A stretch of 64,000 nucleotides of DNA from Candidatus Woesearchaeota archaeon (GCA_016784125.1 JADHVI010000002.1:35653-99652), one strand, 5' to 3'. Shown: positions 26,992 to 37,210, numbered from the stretch's first letter. Notes: generated from the letters alone by a model not told the origin. A program made the numbers and translations.

Positions 26992-27041
26992 TATTCTAGT
27001 ATTTATATATGAATCACTATTATTCTATTAGGTGAAACAAA

Positions 27042-27431
27042 ATGTATGGATATAATAAACAAACAAACGCTTCATTTGAAGAAACAATTGAAAAAACAAA
27101 AGAAGAATTACAAAAAGAAGGTTTTGGTGTTTTAACTGAAATCGATGTCAAAGCAACGTTTAAAAAAAAACTAGGTGTTGAGTTTGACAAATACATCATA
27201 TTAGGTGCTTGCAACCCACCATTTGCATACAAAGCTTTACAGGTAGAAAAGGAGATAGGTTTGATGTTACCTTGCAATGTAATCGTGTATGAACAAGAAG
27301 GCAAAACAGTTGTCTCAACAATATTACCTACCGTTGCTATGAGCATGGTTGGGAATGAAAATCTGAAAGCCATAGCAGAAGAGATTGAAGAAAAACTGAA
27401 GAGAGTTGTAGATAATATATCTGAGAATTAA
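27042..27431 (+). CDS. DUF302-domain protein
   Basis: FEETIEKTKEELQKEGFGVLTEIDV...YIILGACNPPFAYKAL...LPCNVIVYE matches the DUF302 pattern. Confidence 0.85.
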   Translation: MYGYNKQTNASFEETIEKTKEELQKEGFGVLTEIDVKATFKKKLGVEFDKYIILGACNPPFAYKALQVEKEIGLMLPCNVIVYEQEGKTVVSTILPTVAMSMVGNENLKAIAEEIEEKLKRVVDNISEN

Positions 27432-27443
27432 TGGAGGTAAAAA

Positions 27444-27617
27444 ATGGTATTTGGTTTATTTAAAAAAACAGATCCCATATGTGGGATGAAGGAAGAAAAA
27501 GGTAAAGGTATTACAAAACACGGACAATGGTTTTGTAATGAAAGCTGCTTGAGAAAATATGAAGCAGGAGAAGAAAAAGATGAGAAGAAACATGAAGGAT
27601 CATGTTGTTGTCATTAG
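27444..27617 (+). CDS. YHS/TRASH-type metal-binding mini-protein with CCCH C-terminus (not in ORF track)
   Basis: 57 aa: MVFGLFKKTDPICGMKEEKGKGITKHGQWFCNESCLRKYEAGEEKDEKKHEGSCCCH. DP-x-CGM...FC-x-x-x-C is the YHS/TRASH signature. GGAGGT lies 5 nt upstream. Confidence 0.65.
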   Translation: MVFGLFKKTDPICGMKEEKGKGITKHGQWFCNESCLRKYEAGEEKDEKKHEGSCCCH

Positions 27618-27626
27618 GAGATACAC

Positions 27627-28049
27627 ATGTTTAACAATGTAAAAGAACGGATTATAGGAACAACAGGGAGTATTTCCGGATTTGCAAGTGTACTTGGTTC
27701 TTGGCAAATATGTCACAATGTTTGTCTGGGATTAATAGCTTTGTTAAGTGTTATAGGAATAACTGTGACAGGTATGCCTCTAATGTTTCTGACAAAGCTA
27801 GCAATTCCTCTTTGGACAGCGGCAGTTATACTATTAGGAATAACTACTTGGTTTTTCGTTAAGAAGAAGTGTATTTCTGGAAAACTCATAATGATAAACT
27901 CTGGCTTGATAATTGCAGGCATTCCTTTTCAAGCACTTCAAAGATTCTCAATAATTTTCTGGATTGTTGGTGGAATCATAGCTGCAACAGGAATTGGTTT
28001 TTTTATCAAGGATAAGATTCAAAAACAAAAGATGAAGGTGAAAAAATGA
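27627..28049 (+). CDS. four-TM membrane protein with intramembrane CxxxC (CHNVC)
   Basis: 140 aa, hydrophobic, with the Cys pair at the start of TM1. It overlaps the next gene by 4 nt. Confidence 0.6.
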   Translation: MFNNVKERIIGTTGSISGFASVLGSWQICHNVCLGLIALLSVIGITVTGMPLMFLTKLAIPLWTAAVILLGITTWFFVKKKCISGKLIMINSGLIIAGIPFQALQRFSIIFWIVGGIIAATGIGFFIKDKIQKQKMKVKK

Positions 28050-28516
28050 ATAAAAACGTTGAGAAATATTTTTTATATGGATTTCTTGTTTTAGCAGCTT
28101 TCGGTTTAATATTGGCTTTCACTGGTTTTACGTTTGATAGTGTAAGCGCAGAAAAAACAGTTGATAACAAACAGAACATAGAAACGAGTGAAGAATCATT
28201 TAAGTTAATTTCTTCGGGAAGTACAGATTCTGGTGACGTTTCAGTTGATTTGAAACCTCACAAAGTAGTTAATGGAAAATTAGAAGTGGATATTTCTGTA
28301 AATACTCATAGTGTTAGTTTAGAAGGATTTGATTTGAAAGAGTTAACAACTTTGGAGTTTAATGGTAAATTCATCAAACCAACTTTAGCACCATCATTAA
28401 CAGGACATCATAATTCTGGAACATTAACTTTTGATGTTAATGAAAATATTGATAGTTTTACAATAAAAATAATTGGAATTCCAAAAGTTGAGGAAAGAAT
28501 TTTTGAGTGGAGGTAA
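28046..28516 (+). CDS. secreted/anchored beta-rich protein of copper island
   Basis: N-terminal TM. VDISVNTHSVSLEGFDL...LTGHHNSGTLTFDV resembles proteins seen next to metal-resistance genes. No family name is assigned with confidence. Confidence 0.55.
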   Translation: MNKNVEKYFLYGFLVLAAFGLILAFTGFTFDSVSAEKTVDNKQNIETSEESFKLISSGSTDSGDVSVDLKPHKVVNGKLEVDISVNTHSVSLEGFDLKELTTLEFNGKFIKPTLAPSLTGHHNSGTLTFDVNENIDSFTIKIIGIPKVEERIFEWR

Positions 28517-28518
28517 AA

Positions 28519-29001
28519 ATGAAAAAAAATAGTTTAATTATAATTAGTTTGTTGCTTATCAGCATATTTTTGATTTCAGCTTGCAGCCCAAACAACAGTA
28601 AATATTTTGATAATGAGGGAAATGGTGAATTTTCTGACACAAAAATATCTGCTTACAAATCACGATATTGTGGTTGTTGTGTAGGTTATGTTGCTGAATT
28701 GGAGAAATATAGCTTCGACATTGAAACTATTGAAATGGAGGATCTGACATCTATAAAGAATCAACATAATATTCCTCAAAGCCTACAGAGTTGTCATACA
28801 TCTGTTGTTGGAGAATATTTCATTGAAGGACATGTTCCTATAGAAGCAGTTAGAAAGCTTCTTGAAGAAAAACCAGACATAGATGGAATTGGATTAGCCG
28901 GTATGCCTTCTGGAACTCCTGGTATGCCTGGTGCAAAAAGAGAAGCATGGCACATATATGCTCTGAAGGATGGAATACAGTCAGAATTTATGACTATATG
29001 A
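28519..29001 (+). CDS. copG: DUF411/CopG-family periplasmic metal-binding protein
   Basis: Lipobox LISAC, the CGCCxxY motif (YCGCCVGYV), CHTSVVGEYFIEGHVP and GMPSGTPGMPG. I chose the ATG at 28519, 5 nt after GGAGG. Confidence 0.85.
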   Translation: MKKNSLIIISLLLISIFLISACSPNNSKYFDNEGNGEFSDTKISAYKSRYCGCCVGYVAELEKYSFDIETIEMEDLTSIKNQHNIPQSLQSCHTSVVGEYFIEGHVPIEAVRKLLEEKPDIDGIGLAGMPSGTPGMPGAKREAWHIYALKDGIQSEFMTI

Positions 29002-29011
29002 GGTGATAAAT

Positions 29012-29503
29012 ATGAAAAGAAAAAATTATCATGAACAAACAGTATTAGGAATGGGAATTGCACTGATAGTAATAGCAGTTTTGGTAGTTACAATAATTCC
29101 GGGTCGTTATATGTATGGACACCATATGAGTATGGACGGTCACATGAGTAATCACATGGATAATGATCATATGAATATGGATGAGAAAATGAGCTCATTC
29201 ATGTTCCTAAGAGATGATATGAGACATGAATTGATAACAGATGGCAATTACAAATGTTGTTTAGAAACCTCTTGCACTTACTGTCTTGCAAAACATGGCG
29301 AATGTGATTGTTTAGAAGATATTTATAATGGAAAACATCCTTGTGGTGAATGCATTGGTGAAATATTGGAAGGACATGGCAATATTTTTGTAGCAAAATA
29401 TTTTGCAACTGCCATAGCAGAGAAAGTTGGAGAAAATCATTTAGATTCTCTCAAACAAATCATCTCTGAAAAGTATAATATAACTGTAGAAGAACAGGTT
29501 TAG
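29012..29503 (+). CDS. membrane-anchored His/Met-rich, Cys-rich putative copper-binding protein
   Basis: YGHHMSMDGHMSNHMDNDHMNMDEKM is followed by KCCLETSCTYCLAKHGECDCLEDIYNGKHPCGECIGE. I chose the ATG at 29012, 6 nt after GAGGTG. Confidence 0.65.
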   Translation: MKRKNYHEQTVLGMGIALIVIAVLVVTIIPGRYMYGHHMSMDGHMSNHMDNDHMNMDEKMSSFMFLRDDMRHELITDGNYKCCLETSCTYCLAKHGECDCLEDIYNGKHPCGECIGEILEGHGNIFVAKYFATAIAEKVGENHLDSLKQIISEKYNITVEEQV

Positions 29504-29507
29504 AAAA

Positions 29508-29960
29508 ATGATGAAAAAATACTTGGTGCTAATAATTTTTTTTGTTTTGTTATTAAACGCATGTTCTGAACAAACAGAAGAAACAACAACGCAAGAAAAT
29601 GAAACAAAACTTGAAATGGTTGATTCAAATTATATCTTGGAAAGTGTAGATAATTCGAATGTGGTTTTACTAGATGTAAGAACAGAAAAAGAATTTAGTG
29701 AAGGACATATTCCAAATGCTGTCATGGTAGACAGGTACTCTGCACTAAATGAAAATGGTGATCTTAAAAGTGTTGGAGAACTAGAATTTTTATTTAGCAA
29801 TGTGGATAAAAACAAAGAAATCATTGTTTACTGTCGATCTGGAAGAAGAGCAGGTCTTGCTGCGGAAGCTATGACAAAAAAACTTGGATTTGAAAATGTC
29901 AAGATTTACCAAGGTTCTATGAATGATTGGAATAGTAAGAACTTGACTATAGAACAATGA
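29508..29960 (+). CDS. rhodanese-domain lipoprotein (sulfurtransferase)
   Basis: Lipobox LLNAC, GHIPNAV, and the active-site loop YCRSGRRAG. Confidence 0.85.
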   Translation: MMKKYLVLIIFFVLLLNACSEQTEETTTQENETKLEMVDSNYILESVDNSNVVLLDVRTEKEFSEGHIPNAVMVDRYSALNENGDLKSVGELEFLFSNVDKNKEIIVYCRSGRRAGLAAEAMTKKLGFENVKIYQGSMNDWNSKNLTIEQ

Positions 29961-32173
29961 AAGAAAATAGCAAAACAACTATACAAATAGAGGGCATGAG
30001 TTGTGCTAGTTGTGTTGCAACTATAGAACATGCATTAAAAAAAAAGAAGGGCGTGAATAATGCTTCTGTAAATCTGGCAACAAAGAAATCAACTATTGAG
30101 TTTAATTCAATTCAAATTTCTGAAGAAGAACTCAAAAAAACCATTGAAAATGCTGGTTACAAAATTTTCTTAAAGTCAGAAAATAAAGATGAAGAGAAAA
30201 AAGTACGTGACAAAGAAACAAGAAATCTCAAATACAGAGTAATTGCATCAATTATTTTAGCTCTACCACTACTATATTTTGCCATGGGACCTCACATAGG
30301 TTTATCCATTAGTTCTTTTATTACAAATCACATGGCTTTAATACAATTCTTGATAACCACACCCATAATAATAGTTGGTTATGAATTCTATTATAAGGGT
30401 TTTAAATCAGTTATAAAGGCCAAAACTGCTAATATGGACACTTTGGTTGCTATTGGTACTGGTTCTGCGTATATCTACAGTATTTTTGCAGCTATTAATG
30501 GTAATGTTGAACACTTATACTTCGAAGTTGCTGGAATATTAATCGCATTCATTCTTCTTGGACGTTATTTAGAAGCAAAAGCAAAAGGAAAAACAGGTGA
30601 AGCAATAAAGAAACTAATGGGTTTATCAGCAAAAACTGCGCTTGTGATAAGAAATGGAAAAGAGATGGAAGTCTTAATTGATGAAGTCATTGTAGGAGAC
30701 ATCGTTATTGTTAAACCAGGACAAAAAATACCTGTTGATGGAATAATAACAAAGGGATATTCAAGTGTTGATGAAAGCATGATTAGTGGTGAAAGTATGC
30801 CAGTTGAAAAAACCATTGGAAATAAAGTTATAGGTGCAAGCATGAATAAAACTGGCAGCTTCAATTTCAAAGCTACAAAAATTGGTTCTGAAACTGTTTT
30901 GGCTCAGATAATTAAGATGGTCGAAGATGCGCAAGGAAGCAAAGCACCAATTCAGAAAATTGCAGATGTTGTTGCATCATATTTTGTTCCAGTAGTTGTA
31001 AGCATCGCAATTATTTCCGGTATAGCATGGTATTTCTTTGGAGGGTTTGCATTCGCCTTAAGTATATTTGTTGCAGTACTAATAATTGCTTGTCCTTGCG
31101 CTCTAGGACTGGCGACGCCCACTGCCATAATGGTTGGTACTGGAAAAGGTGCAGAAAATGGTATATTGTTCAAAAACGCCCAAAGTCTTCAGTTGGCACA
31201 AAAAATAAATACTGTTGTATTCGACAAAACAGGCACATTAACTAAAGGCAAACCTCAAGTCACAGATATAATAAGTTTTTCAAAATACAAAGATAGAGAT
31301 TTGTTATTATACGCTGCAGTTGCAGAAAAAAATTCAGAACATCCATTGGGTGAAGCAATAGTTAACTATGCAAAAGAAAAAAAATTGTCTTTAAAGAATC
31401 CTGAAAAGTTCAATTCAATAACTGGAAAAGGAATTGAAGTCCAATACAATGGTCTCCTTATTGATTTAGGAAATCGAAAGTTAATGGAAGAAAAAAATAT
31501 TAGTTACAACAATGCCTTAAAAGATCTCAGAACACTTGAAACCGAGGGAAAAACGGTTATGTTAATAGCCATAAACAAAGAATTAGCAGGCATAGTCGTG
31601 GTTGCAGATACATTAAAAGAACATTCAATAGAAGCCATAATAGCATTAAAGAGTATGGGTGTTGAATCTATAATGATAACAGGAGATAATAAAAGAACAG
31701 CAGAAGCAATTGCAAAACAATTAGGAATAAAAAGATTGCTTGCAGAAGTACTGCCACAAGATAAAGCCATTAATGTAAAAATATTACAAGAAGAAGGGAA
31801 AAAAGTGGCGATGGTTGGTGATGGAATAAACGACGCACCTGCACTTACACAAGCAGATATTGGAATTGCAATAGGAAGCGGCACAGATGTAGCCATTGAA
31901 TCAGGAGATATAGTTTTGATAAAAGAAGATTTACGTGATGTGGTGGTAGCAATGGACTTGTCAAGATACACCATGAAAAAAATTAAGCAAAATCTATTCT
32001 GGGCATTCTTCTATAATAGCATTGGTATTCCTTTAGCAGCAGGTCTTTTGTATCCTTTCTCAGGTTTTTTGTTAAGTCCAATCATAGCTGGAGCAGCAAT
32101 GGCATTTAGTAGTGTAAGTGTAGTTACAAATTCATTGTCCATGAAAAGATATAAAGCAAAAATGAGTTTATAA
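29957..32173 (+). CDS. copA: copper-translocating P1B-type ATPase
   Basis: N-terminal HMA domain GMSCASC, TGES, the transmembrane CPC motif ([11 protein letters not shown]), DKTGTLT and GDGINDAP. Confidence 0.96.
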   Translation: MKENSKTTIQIEGMSCASCVATIEHALKKKKGVNNASVNLATKKSTIEFNSIQISEEELKKTIENAGYKIFLKSENKDEEKKVRDKETRNLKYRVIASIILALPLLYFAMGPHIGLSISSFITNHMALIQFLITTPIIIVGYEFYYKGFKSVIKAKTANMDTLVAIGTGSAYIYSIFAAINGNVEHLYFEVAGILIAFILLGRYLEAKAKGKTGEAIKKLMGLSAKTALVIRNGKEMEVLIDEVIVGDIVIVKPGQKIPVDGIITKGYSSVDESMISGESMPVEKTIGNKVIGASMNKTGSFNFKATKIGSETVLAQIIKMVEDAQGSKAPIQKIADVVASYFVPVVVSIAIISGIAWYFFGGFAFALSIFVAVLIIACPCALGLATPTAIMVGTGKGAENGILFKNAQSLQLAQKINTVVFDKTGTLTKGKPQVTDIISFSKYKDRDLLLYAAVAEKNSEHPLGEAIVNYAKEKKLSLKNPEKFNSITGKGIEVQYNGLLIDLGNRKLMEEKNISYNNALKDLRTLETEGKTVMLIAINKELAGIVVVADTLKEHSIEAIIALKSMGVESIMITGDNKRTAEAIAKQLGIKRLLAEVLPQDKAINVKILQEEGKKVAMVGDGINDAPALTQADIGIAIGSGTDVAIESGDIVLIKEDLRDVVVAMDLSRYTMKKIKQNLFWAFFYNSIGIPLAAGLLYPFSGFLLSPIIAGAAMAFSSVSVVTNSLSMKRYKAKMSL

Positions 32174-32187
32174 TCCACTTAATTGAT

Positions 32188-33474
32188 TTATTTTTCTTCC
32201 CAATTCACTTTTAAGAAATGTGCTGAACAGCTAAAGCATGGATCATAAGCTCTTATTAACTTCTCAATTTCCAGTGTGATATAATCTTTACTTTTATTTT
32301 TCTGTAGCATTTGTTCAACGTATACTTGTATGTGTTCTTCCATTCCGCGCAGGTTCTGTACTGTGGGAGTTATAATATTACACTTAGTTACGTTTCCATC
32401 TGCATCAAATTGGTATTCATGAAATAAAACTCCTCTTGGTACTTCTGTCACTGCACGACCCGTGCCTGGCCGTATCTCAAACTGTAATGGTTCTTCTAAT
32501 TTGAATTCATTTTCTTCCAGAATTTTCACCCCATTATTTAACCAGTGTACGAGTTCTGCTGCTTGAGCAATATTATTGTAGAAAATGTTCTTGCTCGGAA
32601 ACAATATGTGATGTTCTGATAATATTCTTTTGATATCTGGAGTTATATTTTTATAGTTAAGATTGAATCTTGCCAATGCACCTGTTATGAATCCTTTTCC
32701 TTTTCTTACAGCGAATTTCGCAGTTGAATATTTTACTATGTATTCACTTATGAAATCTGTGTAATCATGAGATACTGTTTTTAATCCTTTATCTGAAATG
32801 ATTGGTCCTTCCAATAATGGTTGTCCTTCTTGTGCATAAATAGCAACGTGTTCAGAATCAAGTTCTAGTTTTGGATACTTAAGCTTACAAAACAACTTCA
32901 ATGTATCCATTGCATCATGCTTGCTTTCTTTTAATAGATCAAGTAAATACTGCACGTCTTCTTGTGAAGGAACATGAGTAAATCCTCCAACTACTGAAGA
33001 TACTGGGTGCATTTGTCTCCCACCAACTTTAGCGACTATTTCATTACCTGCTTTCATGAGTTTCATGGCTTTTTCAATTTCCCTCTTGTATTTGGGAGCC
33101 ATTTCTATAGCTGATTCATAACCAAGATAATCTGGCAAGGCTAAGAAATATAAATGTGTAGCATGGCTTCTAATTCTCTCACCGATAGACATGAGTTCTC
33201 GTAGTAGTTTTGTCTGCTCTGTGACTTCAATTCCAAAAGCATTTTCAGTCGCTTTAAGAGATGTCATACTATGACCTACACTGCAGATACCACAAATTCG
33301 TGAAGTAATTTCTTTTATGTCATCATATTTCCTTCCAACAACAAGACCTTCAAAAAATCTTGCACCTTCTACCGCACCCAACTCACATTTCGTCAGGTTT
33401 CCATTTTCTATTTCAACATCCAGATTTGCATGTCCTTCAACTTTCGTGATATGATTCAAAGTAATTTTTGTCAT
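32188..33474 (-). CDS. hydA: [NiFe]-hydrogenase large subunit, group 3b (sulfhydrogenase alpha)
   Basis: N-terminal RICGICSVGH (RxCGxC) and C-terminal DPCFSCSAH followed by a short cleavable extension. Confidence 0.93.
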   Translation of the reverse strand: MTKITLNHITKVEGHANLDVEIENGNLTKCELGAVEGARFFEGLVVGRKYDDIKEITSRICGICSVGHSMTSLKATENAFGIEVTEQTKLLRELMSIGERIRSHATHLYFLALPDYLGYESAIEMAPKYKREIEKAMKLMKAGNEIVAKVGGRQMHPVSSVVGGFTHVPSQEDVQYLLDLLKESKHDAMDTLKLFCKLKYPKLELDSEHVAIYAQEGQPLLEGPIISDKGLKTVSHDYTDFISEYIVKYSTAKFAVRKGKGFITGALARFNLNYKNITPDIKRILSEHHILFPSKNIFYNNIAQAAELVHWLNNGVKILEENEFKLEEPLQFEIRPGTGRAVTEVPRGVLFHEYQFDADGNVTKCNIITPTVQNLRGMEEHIQVYVEQMLQKNKSKDYITLEIEKLIRAYDPCFSCSAHFLKVNWEEK

Positions 33475-34268
33475 CTTAATTCAGTCCCTAACTCTTCAAA
33501 CTTCAAGCCAGCATATTTTTGCAGTCTTTGTTTGATGAGTTCTTTTGAAATCCCATTTCTTTCTAATAATTTTATTACTTGTGGAATATTTGCATCTTCC
33601 AATGGTCCATGACAACCTGTGCATGGATGATTTATATTTGGACATAGTGCGTTGCAACCACCTCTAATCATTGGTCCTAAACATTCTTTTCCATCGTCCA
33701 ATAAACAAAGATTCTCGTTCAATGTACATTCAACACAAACAGGTTCATTGTATACTCTCGGCTTCATTCCCATTAGGAAATGCTGCATCATTCGCATGAA
33801 TTCTATTTCAGCAGGTGGACAACCACTTATGCTGAAATCAACTTTGACGTGTTGCTCTATCGGCGTTGGTTTGACAGGTTTATTTTTCCCTGTTAGATTT
33901 GATTTATTATCATAAACAGTATTTTCAACTTTTTCATCATCTTCAAATATTTTTATGCCTGGTACATTTCCATGTGTTGCACAAGTTCCCCATGCAACTA
34001 AAATTTTTGATTCTTCTCGCCATTTTTTTAGGTGTTCCAAATCTTGTTCACTTGCAACCATTCCTTCTACAATACAAATATCATATGGTCCTGGTTGATT
34101 TTTTCCTTTTATCATAGGTGCTGAAACAAGATCTATTTCTCCTAATATTTCTAATAGCTTGTCTCTAATGAAATAAATAACTAGTTGGCAACCAGCGCAT
34201 CCAGTAATAGAATGTATGGCCACTTTCGGTTTAGGTTTCTCTTCCTTCTTTTTGAAAAAGTTACTCAT
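33471..34268 (-). CDS. hydD: [NiFe]-hydrogenase small subunit, group 3b (delta)
   Basis: ITGCAGCQ proximal-cluster motif and further Cys clusters (GGCNALCP, CTGCHGP). It overlaps hydA by 4 nt. Confidence 0.9.
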   Translation of the reverse strand: MSNFFKKKEEKPKPKVAIHSITGCAGCQLVIYFIRDKLLEILGEIDLVSAPMIKGKNQPGPYDICIVEGMVASEQDLEHLKKWREESKILVAWGTCATHGNVPGIKIFEDDEKVENTVYDNKSNLTGKNKPVKPTPIEQHVKVDFSISGCPPAEIEFMRMMQHFLMGMKPRVYNEPVCVECTLNENLCLLDDGKECLGPMIRGGCNALCPNINHPCTGCHGPLEDANIPQVIKLLERNGISKELIKQRLQKYAGLKFEELGTELR

Positions 34269-35052
34269 CTATACTCTTCACCTCATCATATCGAAATACT
34301 GGTCCGTCAGAACAAACATATTTTCCATTAATCATGCAATGTCCACATTTTCCTGTACAACATTTCATATGTCTTTCTAAACTAACCCATATTTGTTCAT
34401 CTGTAAATCCTTTTTGTTTTATAATTTCTATACTCTTATCTATCATAATTGGTGGTCCACACATTAATACAGAAGAATTTTCATTTGAGATATTGACTCG
34501 TTCTAAAATTTGTGTTACAAACCCTACGGGGCAATGAAATAAATTTTCTTCAGGTGCTTTGTCTACTGACAAGTTCAAATTATATCTTTTTGACCATTCC
34601 AACACTTCATTTTTGAAAAGAACATCTGATGGAGTTCTGAATCCAAAGAAGAGTTCTACATGTTTGTAATCTTCTCTATGTTTATCTATATATTCAATTA
34701 TGCCTCTAAGTGGAGCAACACCGCAACCACCACCTACAAGTATGAGATTTTGTCCTTTGAATTTCTCCATCGGGTAACCATTTCCATAAGGCCCTCGCAA
34801 ATATACTTTATCACCTTTCTTAAATTTGTTTAGAGCCTCAGTTACACTTCCAACAACTCGAAAATTTAAATCTAATTCTTTCTTATTATAAGATGCACTT
34901 GAAATAGGAGCTTCTCCAATTCCTGGTATGCTTACTTGTACAAACTGACCTGGTATAGGATTTAAGTTTGTCTGAATCCTAATCATGGTGTTATCATTTG
35001 TTTGTTTGATAACATCTTTGATTAAATATTTCTTTAGTTTGTATAAACTCAT
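34261..35052 (-). CDS. hydG: sulfhydrogenase gamma subunit (FAD/NAD(P)-binding, 2Fe-2S)
   Basis: Ferredoxin-reductase-type fold (RGPYGNGY, LVGGGCGVAP) and a C-terminal CCTGKCGHCMINGKYVCSDGPVF cluster. Confidence 0.88.
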   Translation of the reverse strand: MSLYKLKKYLIKDVIKQTNDNTMIRIQTNLNPIPGQFVQVSIPGIGEAPISSASYNKKELDLNFRVVGSVTEALNKFKKGDKVYLRGPYGNGYPMEKFKGQNLILVGGGCGVAPLRGIIEYIDKHREDYKHVELFFGFRTPSDVLFKNEVLEWSKRYNLNLSVDKAPEENLFHCPVGFVTQILERVNISNENSSVLMCGPPIMIDKSIEIIKQKGFTDEQIWVSLERHMKCCTGKCGHCMINGKYVCSDGPVFRYDEVKSIDE

Positions 35053-35999
35053 TGGAAGTCCTCATTAATTGTTTTTACAAAGTCTATCTTCGAGTGACAG
35101 TATTCTATACATCTACCGCAACCCGTACACATGCTTCTCTTGAATTTGTCTTGGAAAAACTGTGTTTTATGAAGTACTCTATGTCTATATCTCTTCAATC
35201 TTGTATCTCGAAATACATGCCCACCAGCTACTTGTGTAAAATCTTTTGAATGGCATGAATCAATTGTTCTGACTCTATCTCCATTTTTTGTTCTTGGATT
35301 TATTTCATCTTGTAAATCAAAGCAAAAACATGTAGGACAAAGTATGGTGCATCTTTGACATGAAACACATTGTTCTGAATCTTTTTCCCAAAAGTTATCT
35401 GCAAAGAATGGTTTCAAATCTTTTCTGTCCAAGTGTTTTTTTGTTTTTGGTAATGGGATATCCACTTCTGCTTCTGGCAAATGTCTAACTAGTTTTGCAC
35501 CATTGTCAGTTAAAACATCAATGAAATAGTTATGTTCTCGCTTGTGCAAAAGCAAGTCATACCCTTCTTTTTTTAGATCCATTGATTCACAGAAGCAATA
35601 CTTTGAAGGAGGAGTATGACAATTAATTCCTATTATAATAATACTATCTCTTCTCTTTTTGTAAGCTTCATCAGCATACTCATGGTTTAAGAATAGTTCA
35701 TCCAAAATAGCTATACCATTAATATCACATAATCTTGCGCCAAATATGAGTTTTTTCTTTTCTACTTTGTCAACTGATTTGGTTTCACCACTTCTTATTT
35801 TCAGTAATGCTTCTTTATTTGGCAAGAAATATTTCTTTATTGGAAAAAATGGATTTCCACTATTTAAATCTATATCACGGATGTTTTTAACAGTCTCAAA
35901 TCTAACCATTTTTGTCGTGACTGGAGCTATAAGCTCTCCTTCATCTTTCAAATGCTGGAGAAACTTGTTGTAATCCTCTTTTTTCAACACCCTTCCCAT
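35049..35999 (-). CDS. hydB: sulfhydrogenase beta subunit (AsrA-like 4Fe-4S protein)
   Basis: CVSCQRCTILCPTCFCFD and CTGCGRCIEYC ferredoxin-type motifs. First gene of the hydBGDA order. Confidence 0.85.
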   Translation of the reverse strand: MGRVLKKEDYNKFLQHLKDEGELIAPVTTKMVRFETVKNIRDIDLNSGNPFFPIKKYFLPNKEALLKIRSGETKSVDKVEKKKLIFGARLCDINGIAILDELFLNHEYADEAYKKRRDSIIIIGINCHTPPSKYCFCESMDLKKEGYDLLLHKREHNYFIDVLTDNGAKLVRHLPEAEVDIPLPKTKKHLDRKDLKPFFADNFWEKDSEQCVSCQRCTILCPTCFCFDLQDEINPRTKNGDRVRTIDSCHSKDFTQVAGGHVFRDTRLKRYRHRVLHKTQFFQDKFKRSMCTGCGRCIEYCHSKIDFVKTINEDFQ

Positions 36000-36034
36000 T
36001 AAGAATTTTAATAGTAAGGATTATATAAATATTA

Positions 36035-37210
36035 TCATTTCTTTCCAAGATAGATTCTTTCAACCTTTTCTTTTTTTGCGAATCTTCTTAGGATTTCTTC
36101 TATTTCTTCGTAGAACTCGTTGTTACCAAATGATTTTTCTAATTTGAAACTGTCTAATCTTGAGAACTCATTCCACAAACCAATTTTTTTAATCATATCT
36201 ACAAAGTCTTGGTAGTTCATATCAGTTGTTTTTGGAAACTTGTAAACTTCTTTACTCCAAATCTTTGCTTTCTGTTCTGTGCCAAAAACAGCGCTTGCAC
36301 CTTCTTTTTCTGCAAATGACATTATCCTGTCTCTTAAAATCTCAAGTTTTTTCTGTATTGCATTTTCTTCTGCTTTGAGTTTTGAGAATTCATCCACTAG
36401 TTTCACACCATCATCATCTTTGAACTCTTGTTCAGTCTTTTTTTCAAGCTCATATTGATGTTTCCATTCAGGACATATTGGCTTGAACTCACACCAGCCA
36501 CATAAAGCTGATTTTTTTGGTGGAAAGTCTTTGCATGATTCTATATCCTCTATCTTAGCAACGATATCATTTTGGAGTTGTTGCAATTGCGCCTCAGTTC
36601 TTTCAGAAGTGACTTCTTTGTCAAAAGCAAGCATATGCCATTTCAAAACAACTTTTTTTGCATCGGAAAAATTATTTTTAACCCAGATGGAATACATGGC
36701 TAGCTGTTTGTCAGAATCAGCTTCATTCTGATCTTTCATAGTATTATTAGTTTTGTAGTCAGTCACATAGTAAGTTGTTCCATCAACTTCTAACCGGTCA
36801 ATTCTAATATGATACTTGTTCCCGTCCGAAAGTTTCATCAAATCTTGCGTTTCCAAACCAATTATTTTTGTCTCATTAAATGGTTTATAATGTTCATAAT
36901 AATCTGAGATATATTTTTCTCCCATTTTACAATAATTTTCCTGTGTAAGACCTTCTCTTACTATAACAATATCATCAGTCCATTCTTTTTTCCATAAATC
37001 ATTGAAGAAAGAAAGAATTTCTTCTTTAGAATTAAGTTTTTGGAATTTTAAGTCTTTGTATAGTTTTTCCAAAGTTCTATGAACAAGATCTCCTAAGAAT
37101 AATTCAACGGATTTTTCGATTTCAGTTTTTACCTTATCTATATAATGGTATTTAAACTTCAGTTTACACTGTTCAAACGTCGATATTCTAGAATGCGAAT
37201 AAGTCGTCAT
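36035..37210 (-). CDS. PD-(D/E)XK nuclease (Cas4/RecB/AddB-nuclease-like) with Cys cluster and C-terminal coiled-coil extension
   Basis: SHSRISTFEQCKLKFKYHYIDK N-terminus, DRLEVDG...YYVTDYKT core, and CGWCEFKPICPEW. I moved the start to the Met at 37210 to avoid overlap with the protease gene. Confidence 0.75.
   Translation of the reverse strand: MTTYSHSRISTFEQCKLKFKYHYIDKVKTEIEKSVELFLGDLVHRTLEKLYKDLKFQKLNSKEEILSFFNDLWKKEWTDDIVIVREGLTQENYCKMGEKYISDYYEHYKPFNETKIIGLETQDLMKLSDGNKYHIRIDRLEVDGTTYYVTDYKTNNTMKDQNEADSDKQLAMYSIWVKNNFSDAKKVVLKWHMLAFDKEVTSERTEAQLQQLQNDIVAKIEDIESCKDFPPKKSALCGWCEFKPICPEWKHQYELEKKTEQEFKDDDGVKLVDEFSKLKAEENAIQKKLEILRDRIMSFAEKEGASAVFGTEQKAKIWSKEVYKFPKTTDMNYQDFVDMIKKIGLWNEFSRLDSFKLEKSFGNNEFYEEIEEILRRFAKKEKVERIYLGKK

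Noticed and set aside
27020-27373. 117-aa minus-strand ORF
   Set aside because: It is completely antisense to the DUF302 gene, which has a clear family signature and sits in a co-directional operon.
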